A stretch of 64,000 bases of DNA from a virus (taxonomy: Duplodnaviria > Caudoviricetes). The first letter of the stretch is position 1, and each line of letters opens with the position of its first letter. The stretch spans positions 128,001 through 192,000 of the IMG/VR virus record IMGVR_UViG_3300014205_000002; one strand, given 5' to 3'. The notes under the pieces are model-generated. The model made no database searches and was not told the DNA's origin. It worked only from the letters and a program-made list of their open reading frames with translations. The translations under genes were made by a program, and so were the position numbers. Positions 47,902 to 57,015 of the stretch are shown here, one piece after another.

Positions 47902-48348
47902 CTAGCTGTCTCCATCGAGCAGGAAGTGGGCGTCGGGCTCGACGTAGCCGTTCCAGTCGAAGTAGCACAGGCCCGCAATCATCTGGTTCTGCTGCTGCTG
48001 GGTGATGGTCTCCTGGCCGTGGTGAGCCAGGAAGCGAAACATGTGGACCATTAAGGGGACGGGGATGCCGTGCGAGAGGGGGCCGTGATTGAGGCCGTCC
48101 TGGGGCTGCTGGGGCTTGAACGCCTGGGTCGGCTCCTCGGACGGGCCGGCTTTAATGGACATGGGTGGCTCCTTGGGGGTGAGGACCTGCTCAAGGCTAA
48201 GCTCGTTCGCGCGCTCGGCCCAGAGGCGGGAGATCCGGTTGTTGGGTTCGTCGAATGCGGCCTTGGCTGCAACCTGTTGATCCCGGCAGCCGTCGATCGC
48301 GTCCATCGTGGCCTGGGGGACGCCGAGCGCGATGCGCCGGCGCTTCAT
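47902..48348 (-). CDS. Hypothetical protein (possible internal start near 48162)
   Basis: ATGA overlap; internal SD AAGGAG. Confidence 0.5.
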   Translation of the reverse strand: MKRRRIALGVPQATMDAIDGCRDQQVAAKAAFDEPNNRISRLWAERANELSLEQVLTPKEPPMSIKAGPSEEPTQAFKPQQPQDGLNHGPLSHGIPVPLMVHMFRFLAHHGQETITQQQQNQMIAGLCYFDWNGYVEPDAHFLLDGDS

Positions 48349-48523
48349 GCGAAGCGACCGAAGACTGCTCGCCGCTGGTATTCAAGGGTGGCGGCGCTGG
48401 AGAACACGGCCCCGCCCTCGTTGATCAGTATCTCGGCGGGGATACTGGCCGCCTGCAACACCCGGCGATTCACGGCCTCGATCTCGCCTTCCATACCGCC
48501 CTGGCTTTCACTCATGAACAGCA

Positions 48524-48853
48524 TCAGGCCTTGGGCTCCGCGTTCTTGAGTTTGTCGATCTTCCGTTGGGTCGCCTGCGTCTGGCGCACGAGAGCGTCGC
48601 GCCGGCCGGCCAGATGCAGCAGCAGCTCGCTCTTGGCGCGCTCGAACGTCGAGAAGCACTCGGCGACGTGAATCTCGTTGCCGCGGCCGGTCTCGGCCCT
48701 GACCCACTGTGTTCCGCTGCCGAGCATGCCGCGCCAGGGCTTCACGCCCGTGACGGGAACGACGCCGGTGCGGCCCTTGTTCCAGGCGAAGCAGCTGACA
48801 GGGACCTGGTTTGACTGCTGATATTCGGGGTTCCAGTTGTGCTGGGTATTCAT
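48524..48853 (-). CDS. Hypothetical protein
   Basis: ATGA overlap. Confidence 0.6.
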   Translation of the reverse strand: MNTQHNWNPEYQQSNQVPVSCFAWNKGRTGVVPVTGVKPWRGMLGSGTQWVRAETGRGNEIHVAECFSTFERAKSELLLHLAGRRDALVRQTQATQRKIDKLKNAEPKA

Positions 48854-49215
48854 TTCAATCCAAGCCTCCGATTGATGACGCTCGCGAGCGGCAGGTAGTA
48901 GTCGATGTGTTCGGTGGGCTCGCCTGTGCCCTTGCGCAGGCGCGGGACCGCCACGAGGTAGCGCGGCGTGGCTGACCGCAGCAGTCCCTTGATCTTACTC
49001 GCGGGCACGCATGCCGATCTGGCGTGCTCGCCATGGGGGTCGTAGACGGGTTTGCCCGCGTGTTTGGCGATCGCCTCCTGGGCGCTGGCGTGGCTGGGGA
49101 TGAACGCGAGGATGGTTCCGCTTTTTGAACGCGTACAGCCGCCCGCCTGGCTCGACCACAGGGCCGCAACTCCAGGTGTAGCCCTGTTGTACTTGGCGTC
49201 GTTGTCGATTCTCAT
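48850..49215 (-). CDS. Hypothetical protein
   Basis: SD GAGGAGG. Confidence 0.65.
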   Translation of the reverse strand: MRIDNDAKYNRATPGVAALWSSQAGGCTRSKSGTILAFIPSHASAQEAIAKHAGKPVYDPHGEHARSACVPASKIKGLLRSATPRYLVAVPRLRKGTGEPTEHIDYYLPLASVINRRLGLK

Positions 49216-49234
49216 TGACAGAATCCTCCTCGGG

Positions 49235-49486
49235 TTAATTGGTCAGCTTCTCGACACAGGCGATGACGTCGTCGACGCTGTTGATCTTCTCGGCTTCATC
49301 ATCGGACATCTCAATGTCGAATTCGTCTTCGATCGCCATCACCAGTTCCACTTGATCCAATGAGTCCGCCCCGAGATCTTCGTCGAACTTGGCCTCGCGG
49401 GTCACGACGTCCTCATGGACACCGAGTCGCTCTGTGACAATAAACCGGATGCGGTTGAAGGTGGCGGTCTGGTTGATGGCGTCCAT
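49235..49486 (-). CDS. acpP: Acyl carrier protein
   Basis: [23 protein letters not shown] phosphopantetheine-site motif. Confidence 0.95.
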   Translation of the reverse strand: MDAINQTATFNRIRFIVTERLGVHEDVVTREAKFDEDLGADSLDQVELVMAIEDEFDIEMSDDEAEKINSVDDVIACVEKLTN

Positions 49487-49495
49487 GGGGTCCTC

Positions 49496-49660
49496 TTAGA
49501 TGGTGGGTGGCTTGTGGAGCTTGACGAGGGCCAGTGAGAAGTAGAGCCAGCCAAGCGTCCAGGTGGTGACGTTCTTCCGCTTGGAGCGAGAGAACCCAGG
49601 CAGAACCCAGAACTGACCGCCGACACCAGGGGCGATCGCCCAAGTATGAAACTCCCTCAC
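49496..49660 (-). CDS. Small hypothetical protein
   Basis: GTGA overlap. Confidence 0.45.
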   Translation of the reverse strand: MREFHTWAIAPGVGGQFWVLPGFSRSKRKNVTTWTLGWLYFSLALVKLHKPPTI

Positions 49661-49824
49661 GGCGAGACCGCCTTGTCGACGGCGAGCGTAACCTTGCCCT
49701 TGACGTTTTTGACCTTCATCGGATCCTTCCCGCAGGCTGAGATCTGGGCCCAACTGGCGATAAGGGCGATGCAGGCCTCGCGGGAGTTGCCTGTAACCTC
49801 CAGGGTCATCTTGTGGTCAGGCAT
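49657..49824 (-). CDS. 55-aa hypothetical protein (not in ORF track)
   Basis: MPDHKMTLEVTG...VDKAVSP fills the gap. Confidence 0.5.
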   Translation of the reverse strand: MPDHKMTLEVTGNSREACIALIASWAQISACGKDPMKVKNVKGKVTLAVDKAVSP

Positions 49825-50641
49825 TGGTCACCCAGGGGTTCTCGCCATTGGGCCCTGCGGGCAGGGAGAGATTGGCGGGGAGGCCGACGGTGTGGAATTC
49901 GTGCGGCCGCCATTCGTGGCCGCAGCCCTTGACGTGGTGCGGGCTGTGCGGGCTGCTCTGATCCTTGTCGAAGTAGGTGTAGTCCACGCAGCGGTGGGTT
50001 TTGTGCGGTATGCAGGCCCATTCTCCGGTGTCGACGTGGCGCATCCCGCAGCCGGGGCAGAACAGATGGTCGGCGATCGGCCTTGCGTGGCTGACCAACT
50101 CCCGCCAGTTGGCGGGGATGATTGGCACCTCGTCGTCGCACCACCAGGCCCCGACGCGGAAGACCGCGAGCACGCTGTTGATGTCGTCCGCGAGGTCGCG
50201 CACCCACTTCGGCAGGTCGACCTCGGTCCAGCCCTCGGTGCAGATGTCGGGCATGTTTTCCGTCATCTCCGCGGTGATGTGCTTGAGCAGGGGCTTGAGG
50301 TAGTCCCCGTCGAGGCGATCGCGATCGTCGTCGGGCAACTCCTGCTCGATCATGCCCAGCAGTCCCTCGGAGTTGAAGGGCAATTCGGAGTCGGCGGGGA
50401 CGCCTTCCTCAAAGGGGATGAAATCCTGAATGGTGTCACCGAGGTGGCTCGCGGTCACCGAGGCGGCGCGGAAGCGGGCGATCCACGGCTCCTGGCTGTC
50501 TGGCTCAATCTCGGCGATCGCGCAACTTTCCAGGAAGGTCTGGAGGTCGCTGGAGAACTCACTGCCGCGCCGGAGGGCGATCATCTCGCCCTCTTTCCAC
50601 GCGACGCGGGGGGCCTCAGCCCAGGTCGGCTCGTCCGACAC
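49817..50641 (-). CDS. Hypothetical protein with C-terminal Zn-binding motif
   Basis: CPGCGMRHVD...HKTHRC...CGHEWRP. Confidence 0.65.
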   Translation of the reverse strand: MSDEPTWAEAPRVAWKEGEMIALRRGSEFSSDLQTFLESCAIAEIEPDSQEPWIARFRAASVTASHLGDTIQDFIPFEEGVPADSELPFNSEGLLGMIEQELPDDDRDRLDGDYLKPLLKHITAEMTENMPDICTEGWTEVDLPKWVRDLADDINSVLAVFRVGAWWCDDEVPIIPANWRELVSHARPIADHLFCPGCGMRHVDTGEWACIPHKTHRCVDYTYFDKDQSSPHSPHHVKGCGHEWRPHEFHTVGLPANLSLPAGPNGENPWVTNA

Positions 50642-51345
50642 TAGACCAGCTCCGCGTCGAGTTCGCACGCGGCCGGAAGCGGAGCAGCGGTCAGGCGACC
50701 AGGTGCCCATGAGCCAGCGGCGATCGCCTCACGATCGGCGAGAGTGGGCAGCTGCACCTGGCACTCGGGGACCAGGCGCAGGATCTCTTCGCGGGTGGTC
50801 GCCGTATTGATGACGGTGCGCTTTTCGGTCATCTCCAGGTTGTAGGCGTCTGTGGCTGCCTTCTCCGCAGCCTCGAACTGGCGGTTATAGGCCTTGATTG
50901 GCTGGTTGCGATCGCGCTTGACGTGGTTGACGACGTCTTCGGAGGCGGCAGTGCCGTCGCTGCCGCTGTGGTTGATCATCAGGGTGCCCGAGCTGTGGAC
51001 AGCCATCGGTGCGGCCTGGTAGCCATAGGTCTTGGCGACGGACTGAGCGAGTGCGAGGACAGCATCGAGGGCAATCTTGTACTCGGGCGTCAACGCAATC
51101 TCCGCCTGGATGTCCTTGAGAACCTCCGAGGTCTGGAGCAACTTCTGGCACTGGGAGACCGGCTCTGGGCGCTTACGCAACCGGAACAACTCCATCATCT
51201 GGGCGCGCTGGGCCTGGGTCAGCCGGCCCTCCTTCATGAGCTTGAGCTCGGCCTTACGCAGGTCGATCTCAGCCAGGCGAATGCGGGTCTCGTCGCTGGG
51301 CTGGGCGACGGCGAGGGCGGTGGAGGTCTTCTTCGGGGTGGCCAT
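50641..51345 (-). CDS. Hypothetical protein
   Basis: SD GAGG. Confidence 0.65.
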   Translation of the reverse strand: MATPKKTSTALAVAQPSDETRIRLAEIDLRKAELKLMKEGRLTQAQRAQMMELFRLRKRPEPVSQCQKLLQTSEVLKDIQAEIALTPEYKIALDAVLALAQSVAKTYGYQAAPMAVHSSGTLMINHSGSDGTAASEDVVNHVKRDRNQPIKAYNRQFEAAEKAATDAYNLEMTEKRTVINTATTREEILRLVPECQVQLPTLADREAIAAGSWAPGRLTAAPLPAACELDAELV

Positions 51346-51370
51346 CGGGTACCTCTGCGGCGGGTGCCGC

Positions 51371-51402
51371 TGACAGAATGAGGGGGAGCGTGTGGCGATC
51401 GC
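51371..51402 (-). promoter_or_regulatory. Bipartite intergenic element copy 1 (GCGATCGCC-N13-CATTCTGTCA)
   Basis: Identical boxes in three intergenic gaps. Confidence 0.7.
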
Positions 51403-51610
51403 GGGTTAGGTGCCGGGGATGCGCAGTTGCTGACCGGCAACCGTGACAACAATGGGGGTGCGGGACTGCAAGTTCGCGAACAGGGCCTCGAACTCGGGAG
51501 TTCCTCGCCTGGCCTGGATGTCGATGGAGAACTCCATCACCTCGTCGGGCAGTGGTCTGTCGTCGCGATCGCTCCATGAGGCGCGAAAGACGAGAGGAGC
51601 CTGGGCGTCC

Positions 51611-52111
51611 TCAGGCCATCACCATGCGGGCCGAGGTGTACTTCTTATAGAGCGGGTGGTTGGGCTGGCCGGTCTTGGAGAGCCCATCAAGCGAGTGCAG
51701 GAGGTGCTCGCTCAGGAGTTTGCGCACGGCCTTGTCACGATTGAGGAGCTTGCCGTGGTTGCCCCAGGCAGCGATCAGGAGCTGACTGTCGTTGGCGGCC
51801 TTGAGGATGGCGGCGTTGTTGCGGGGGCCAACGCAGTCGATCTCGTAGGCATTGTCTTTGAGGACGGCGGGGCTTGTCTCGCGGTAGGCGAAGAGGTTCG
51901 CGACGGTGATGCCGCCGTAGCCCCATTTGTCCGCGAAACCCATGCACTTGCGAATGGTGGCGTCGTCGACCTCGGCGTCAGCGGTCGATGGGTTGAGCAT
52001 AATGAAGCCGACGAGACCGGCTTCCGGCTTCCAGATACGAGTCAGGGCGTAGCGATACAACCCAGACTCGCAGAGGTCGGCGGTCTTTGTGATGACGGTG
52101 TCCTTTTCCAA
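51611..52111 (-). CDS. DUF1643 family protein
   Basis: YRYALTRIW, IMLNPSTAD, NLFAYR, AAWG, GQPNHPLY. Confidence 0.85.
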   Translation of the reverse strand: MEKDTVITKTADLCESGLYRYALTRIWKPEAGLVGFIMLNPSTADAEVDDATIRKCMGFADKWGYGGITVANLFAYRETSPAVLKDNAYEIDCVGPRNNAAILKAANDSQLLIAAWGNHGKLLNRDKAVRKLLSEHLLHSLDGLSKTGQPNHPLYKKYTSARMVMA

Positions 52112-52116
52112 GGTGG

Positions 52117-52758
52117 CTAGTACCTTTCTCTCTCGGCTGTGAAGCCGCCGTTCCCGCAGTTAAAGCAGAGCGTGCCTTCGACCTGGACCTTGCAGTAGTG
52201 CATGACGTTGCACTCTGAGCAGCGTCGCCATTCGGTCCCAGGCTTTGGCCCAGGCTCTCCAGGCAGGCGATCGCGGATGGGCTTCATCGGGTAGGTGGGC
52301 GGGAACGGCGGTGCTACAGGAAAAACGTAGGGGACCTTCTCCACCACGAACTCTTCGGGGGCAAGGAGCGCGGGGCGATCACCCCGAGCGTTGCGCCAGA
52401 TTAGCTCATGGAGGACTGCGTCCACATCGTCGGGCATGCGCGCCTCCATGTGCTTGAACACGACGTCAGCTACGGCCACCTTTCCGGCGATATCAGTGGG
52501 CAAGATCGGCTGAGGTGGCGGTATCTGGGGTGGTGGAGGTGCTTGGCGCTGGGTGAGCAGAGCCCGCATCTCGTCGACGGTGACACCCAGGCCCAGTACG
52601 GTCTTGGCGGTCTTGGCGTGAGCGACCTGCTCGCGCCGCAGGGCTTCGGTGAGCGTGGCGATCGCCAACTCGGCCGTGGCTACGTCCCCAGCGAGTTGGG
52701 CTGCACGGCGCTGCGACTGGACCGCACGCCGATCCCATTGCACGCTGAGTGTAGACAT
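52117..52758 (-). CDS. Hypothetical protein with C-terminal Zn ribbon
   Basis: CSEC...CFNC. Confidence 0.6.
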   Translation of the reverse strand: MSTLSVQWDRRAVQSQRRAAQLAGDVATAELAIATLTEALRREQVAHAKTAKTVLGLGVTVDEMRALLTQRQAPPPPQIPPPQPILPTDIAGKVAVADVVFKHMEARMPDDVDAVLHELIWRNARGDRPALLAPEEFVVEKVPYVFPVAPPFPPTYPMKPIRDRLPGEPGPKPGTEWRRCSECNVMHYCKVQVEGTLCFNCGNGGFTAERERY

Positions 52759-53018
52759 TACGCTTTGACCTCCGACGCGCTGAACTCGATGAAGTTCTCG
52801 ACGAACTCCGGCCCCATTACGATGGCCTTGTTCGCCAGGGCGGAGACGATGTCCAGTTGGAGCAAGGCGGCATCGCGGTAGTGACCGATGGGTGTGCTCT
52901 CGACGATGGTGTCGTAGAGCTTCTTGACCTGGGCGCGAACCGCGGTGATCGCAGCGACATCAGCTTGCGTCGGCGCTTGGTAGTCATGAGGGTGGCGGCC
53001 GGCGTAGGATTGGGTCAT
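52758..53018 (-). CDS. Acb2/Tad1-like helical hairpin protein (putative)
   Basis: DYQAP...AVR...I...TP...AL.QL....LANKAI pattern; SD GAGGAG. Confidence 0.5.
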   Translation of the reverse strand: MTQSYAGRHPHDYQAPTQADVAAITAVRAQVKKLYDTIVESTPIGHYRDAALLQLDIVSALANKAIVMGPEFVENFIEFSASEVKA

Positions 53019-53032
53019 ATGGTGCTCCTCGT

Positions 53033-53064
53033 TGACAGAATGTGATCGACTCTATGGCGATCGC
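53033..53064 (-). promoter_or_regulatory. Bipartite intergenic element copy 2 (N13)
   Basis: Same boxes as copy 1. Confidence 0.7.
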
Positions 53065-53066
53065 TT

Positions 53067-53426
53067 TCAGGGGGTGATGGGGTTTCCGTTGGCGTCCCGC
53101 AGGAAGAAGTAGAGCTTGCTCTTATCGGTGTCGCTGATCGACACGCAGATGGCACCCAGGCCTTGGAGTGGGCCCTCGTCGAAGATGCCGAACAGGCCGT
53201 TGAGGACACCGAGCAGGCCCACCACATAGCAGTGCTCGTCCTGCTGGGTAGCAACATTGACGACGGTGCTGCTCTTTGCGACCTGGACTGTTGGGTGATC
53301 CGCCAACTCCAGGGTATTGACGCGGGTGCGGATCTCGACCAGGTTGTGGATCGCTCCTGGATCCAGGCTGGCGAGCTCATTCAAGAAGCGCACTAACTCG
53401 GCGAGCGTGACGGAGGGCTTGATCAT
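53067..53426 (-). CDS. Hypothetical phage protein
   Basis: Operon packing. Confidence 0.65.
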   Translation of the reverse strand: MIKPSVTLAELVRFLNELASLDPGAIHNLVEIRTRVNTLELADHPTVQVAKSSTVVNVATQQDEHCYVVGLLGVLNGLFGIFDEGPLQGLGAICVSISDTDKSKLYFFLRDANGNPITP

Positions 53427-53429
53427 GGC

Positions 53430-54569
53430 CTAGTAGCCTTCGTGTTCGTGGATGGTGTAGTACTTCGTCGCGAGCATGGCCGGACCAGGCTCAAGGACCA
53501 CGTCTTCATCGGGGTCGTCCTTGAGGATTGAGTCCCGCTCAAGCTCGGCTGAGGCCTTGCTTGGGCAGGTCATTGGCGAACTCTGCCGAGGGCCCACTTT
53601 GTAGGTTTGGAGCGTGGTGTTGCCGCATTCGCTGTGGAGCGCGCCGCCCGCGCCGACGCCCGTCCGAACGACCCAGCAGCCGGTGCGAATTGGCACCATT
53701 AGATTGCAGTGGAGGCAGCGGATTCCCTCCAAGCGCCCATGGCCGAAGACCGAGTAGCCAACACCCTCGTCGGTCTCGGCCGCACGACTGAGCGCCTTGC
53801 TATGAAGGTTGGCAGCAGCGGCATCGAGCCCGTACTGCTCGTGTGGCACGGGTGCCTCGACGCTGTATGAGTCGCCCTTGGCATAGTCGATACCGATCAC
53901 GCTCTCGGCGTTGAGGGCGATCGCGTCGATCTTCTCGGCACCAGGCAGGACGAAGCAGGCTGACAGCTGTCCAGTGGGCTTGCGCCTGGGCAGGAGGCGA
54001 TCGTCCACGCCGTAGAGGGTGAGCAATGCGAGGTCGCCGCCGGCGTGGTAGGTGACCTCGACCTGGGGGCCGCCCTCGACCTCGTGCTCGGCGTCGAGTA
54101 TCTCGATGCCCTGGGTCTTCATGAGGGTGACCAGACGCTTGGCCTGTCGAACCATTCCCGCAGGGTCGATGCCGATGTGAATGAAGCTCTCACTGGAACG
54201 CGCGCCCGCTTCAATCTCAACGGGGACGAAGCCAGCTCCGGTGAGCAGCTGCCAAGTTCTGAGGATATTGGCAGGCACTTCGTCGTGGGTGATGGGCTCC
54301 GCGAGAACGATGGCGCAGTCTTCCTCGTCGGTGCCCTCGAAGTCGAGCGCGTAGCACTCGTCGGCGATCGCGATGACCGCCTCCGCGCGCGAGTTGATCT
54401 TGCTGATGCGATCGTTGGTGATGTGGCAGTAGACCTTGCCCACTTCCTGAATGGCCGTGTGGTAGTCGAACAGCTCGCGCATCACCTTGTCGGGGTCGAG
54501 TCGGCCCGTCGCCGGGTCTTCCACGAGGGGCTTCCAGAAGCTGGCGTAATTCTTCTCGTAGTCTTGCAA
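53430..54569 (-). CDS. Mosaic hypothetical protein containing an RNR-derived peptide
   Basis: SD AAGGAG plus TTG; contains TGQLSACFVLP. Confidence 0.7.
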   Translation of the reverse strand: MQDYEKNYASFWKPLVEDPATGRLDPDKVMRELFDYHTAIQEVGKVYCHITNDRISKINSRAEAVIAIADECYALDFEGTDEEDCAIVLAEPITHDEVPANILRTWQLLTGAGFVPVEIEAGARSSESFIHIGIDPAGMVRQAKRLVTLMKTQGIEILDAEHEVEGGPQVEVTYHAGGDLALLTLYGVDDRLLPRRKPTGQLSACFVLPGAEKIDAIALNAESVIGIDYAKGDSYSVEAPVPHEQYGLDAAAANLHSKALSRAAETDEGVGYSVFGHGRLEGIRCLHCNLMVPIRTGCWVVRTGVGAGGALHSECGNTTLQTYKVGPRQSSPMTCPSKASAELERDSILKDDPDEDVVLEPGPAMLATKYYTIHEHEGY

Positions 54570-54594
54570 TCCGGGCTCCTTTGGCTCTTGCTGC

Positions 54595-54625
54595 TGACAG
54601 AATGTGGCAGGTGCGAGGCGATCGC
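54595..54625 (-). promoter_or_regulatory. Bipartite intergenic element copy 3 (N12)
   Basis: Same boxes as copy 1. Confidence 0.7.
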
Positions 54626-54632
54626 GCTCCCC

Positions 54633-55139
54633 TTACTCGCCGGTCTCGGGAAGTTTGGTCGTGCCGTCCTTCGGCAGGCGCTCCACGATGCGCCTGAACA
54701 CGCGCTCCAGTCGATCCGACTGTTCAATTAGACGAGCCGCCTCGATGGCGTGGTGGCGCGCTTCCGGGCTGGCGTTCTCCGAGATGACGGCGAAGGGAGC
54801 CATGTCCGTCGAGTAGACCTCGCAGAGCGTGACGGCGAACTCCGCCTCGTCTCGCGTCAGCATGGCATACCCCAGCGTGTTGCCGTTTGCGCGGCCTGAC
54901 GACTCAGCTACGTCCTGCTTGCTCATTGTCTGAATGGTCCAGTGGTACACATCGGCCGGTAGTCCGAACGAGTGGTCTTTTCCCTTGAAGATGACCATCC
55001 CTGGTACGACCGACAGGCCAATGTGGCTTGGATGCGGGTCCGACGGAAAGATTTCCGTGATGTCCTTGTAGTCCGTTTTCAGGGCCTTGCAGACGACTTT
55101 TACGGGCATATCCAGGGTTCCTTTCGGTCGCTTAATCAC
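54633..55139 (-). CDS. Hypothetical protein (first gene of the leftward arm; start uncertain)
   Basis: ORF downstream of a leftward promoter. Confidence 0.6.
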   Translation of the reverse strand: MIKRPKGTLDMPVKVVCKALKTDYKDITEIFPSDPHPSHIGLSVVPGMVIFKGKDHSFGLPADVYHWTIQTMSKQDVAESSGRANGNTLGYAMLTRDEAEFAVTLCEVYSTDMAPFAVISENASPEARHHAIEAARLIEQSDRLERVFRRIVERLPKDGTTKLPETGE

Positions 55140-55162
55140 CGGTCGACCGGGGGCGCTTAGGG

Positions 55163-55206
55163 ATTATACGCCTATGTGCGACAGGAAGCAAGCAAGGTGG
55201 TATAAT
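55163..55206. promoter_or_regulatory. Overlapping divergent sigma70 promoters
   Basis: Minus strand TTGCTT-17-TATAAT (55191 to 55163); plus strand GCGACA-17-TATAAT with TGn (55178-55206). Confidence 0.75.
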
Positions 55207-55306
55207 CCGGGCGTATTCACCGGCAGACCCGTGCGGACCGTTGGTCATACCACGCGCACAATCAATGGATCAGTGTAACTCTGACGACAGAGAGGATGTG
55301 ATTGCG

Positions 55307-56572
55307 ATGGATCATCGCGTACAGCTCCGGACCATGGTCGTAACCGAGGGCGAGGCCCTGCTCGACCTCAAGGATCGCCTGGTCTCTCCGACCGCGCGGT
55401 TCCACACTCTGGGTGCTCAAGCAGGCGACCTTGTGGATCTGATTGGGCCAAGCGGGCAGCACGCTGCTGGTCGGATTCTACGGGTGGTGAGCGAGACCAC
55501 GCTCGTGATCGAGGGCCAGCCCGAGATGGGCTTCGGCGCGCTGTTCGGCGGCGACCCACGGGAAGACGGAGTTGGCGATGAGATTGTCGTTCAATGCACG
55601 GTGGTACGGTTGGTTGCCGAGCCCTGCCGCCACTGCGAGGAACAGGGCGTTCCCGCCGAGTCGGACCATCGCCACTGTTTGTCCTGCCGGGAGCGCATCC
55701 CGCTCGCTCGCGACACCCGCTACGCCAACTGTGACGTGTGCATCCGGGGTATGCGCGCGCGTCTGGTCGCGGGCAACGCGATCGACCAGGAGTACGCGAT
55801 GTTCAACGGCAAGTTGAAGGTCAAGGTCCACGCCCGAACGGCGGAGGAGGGCGACTTCGTCCAGGAGTGGCAGGACCACTTCCAGCGCGAGCTGGGTGGG
55901 CGCACGACTGCCTACTTCCTCGACGAGGTCGCGAAGGCCTGCCTGGCTGTGGTGCTCGACGACGATGGCAACGGCAACCGGCCGATGGCCGTGGTCGAGG
56001 ATCCCGATCTCGACGCGAAGATCGCGGTGGCGCTCGCGATGAAGTTCTTCAAGGATCAGCGCGAGAGCCGCTACAAGCTCACGCTCTCTTGCATGAGCCG
56101 TCTCGACAAGCTGGTCGAGGAGGCCTGCTTCTACCGCATCGTCGAGAAGGACACCAAACAACAGGTCGAGGCCCTGGCCGAGCAACTCTGCACAAGCACG
56201 GGGCCAGTGACCGGTGAGGTTGAGCTCTGGGATGGGATGGAACGCGTGACCTTCTGGGATCCCACCAAGGAGCTCAGCGACGAAGCCGACGGCTACGCCG
56301 AGACCATGATCGCCGCCTACCTCGCCAGCTCCCGCGGTGTGCTTCATATGTCGGACGCCCGCAAGACGTTCACCAAGACGGTCTGTCGCTTGGCCTGCCG
56401 CTTCGTGGGTGATTCCAAGGTGAGCTACCAGCCGACCGGCGACTTCAAGCAGCGGCTGGGTTACCTGCTGTCGCTGCCGCTACCGCTCTACTATCTCTAC
56501 ATGACTGCGGCGAACGTATGGGATCGCCGGGTGCTGCGCGCAGGGAGCCCCGAAGTCGTGGGAAACTCCTAA
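55307..56572 (+). CDS. Putative tail assembly chaperone (with N-terminal Zn-finger extension)
   Basis: Ends ...VVGNS over the slippery site GGGAAAC. Confidence 0.55.
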   Translation: MDHRVQLRTMVVTEGEALLDLKDRLVSPTARFHTLGAQAGDLVDLIGPSGQHAAGRILRVVSETTLVIEGQPEMGFGALFGGDPREDGVGDEIVVQCTVVRLVAEPCRHCEEQGVPAESDHRHCLSCRERIPLARDTRYANCDVCIRGMRARLVAGNAIDQEYAMFNGKLKVKVHARTAEEGDFVQEWQDHFQRELGGRTTAYFLDEVAKACLAVVLDDDGNGNRPMAVVEDPDLDAKIAVALAMKFFKDQRESRYKLTLSCMSRLDKLVEEACFYRIVEKDTKQQVEALAEQLCTSTGPVTGEVELWDGMERVTFWDPTKELSDEADGYAETMIAAYLASSRGVLHMSDARKTFTKTVCRLACRFVGDSKVSYQPTGDFKQRLGYLLSLPLPLYYLYMTAANVWDRRVLRAGSPEVVGNS

Positions 56573-57015
56573 AGACGTCGGCGGGATACCTGCGGGCGCA
56601 GGCGTTCAAGCGGGGGATTGCGCTGCCCCCGCGCGGAAGCGCCGGCGACGTCTATATTCAGTTCCTCATGCGCTCTGAGCTCGATCGCGAGGCAGCCCTG
56701 GCCCAAGCCATGATCTATAAGAGCTGGGCCCTAGCCGGAGGGGAAGGCGGCAAGCAGATGGCGGACAATGCGGGTAAGGCCTACGAGTCCTACCTGGGTC
56801 TGACTTACCCCTGGCAGGCCAACGTCAAGCAGAACAAGGAGAAGCAGCAGCTCAAGGTCCTGGAGAAGTTCATGCGAGCCTTCGGCGTGGGCCAGGTGGT
56901 CGACGAGGCTCAGACTCGCGCGTCAGACGTAACGCCAGAAAATCCGCGCAGCAAGGGCTCCATGGCCGCGCAGAAGCTCAAGGACATGTTCACCCCAAAG
57001 AAGAAGGAGACATAA
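56560..57015 (+). CDS. -1 frameshift extension of the upstream gene (G/GT-like)
   Basis: G GGA AAC at 56560-56566; -1 frame open to 57015 with no SD-led start near its 5' end. Confidence 0.6.
   Translation, partial: GKLLKTSAGYLRAQAFKRGIALPPRGSAGDVYIQFLMRSELDREAALAQAMIYKSWALAGGEGGKQMADNAGKAYESYLGLTYPWQANVKQNKEKQQLKVLEKFMRAFGVGQVVDEAQTRASDVTPENPRSKGSMAAQKLKDMFTPKKKET

Noticed and set aside
49217-49225. Fourth ATTCTGTCA box
   Set aside because: Lacks the upstream GCGATCGCC box and lies between SD and start codon; not counted as a copy
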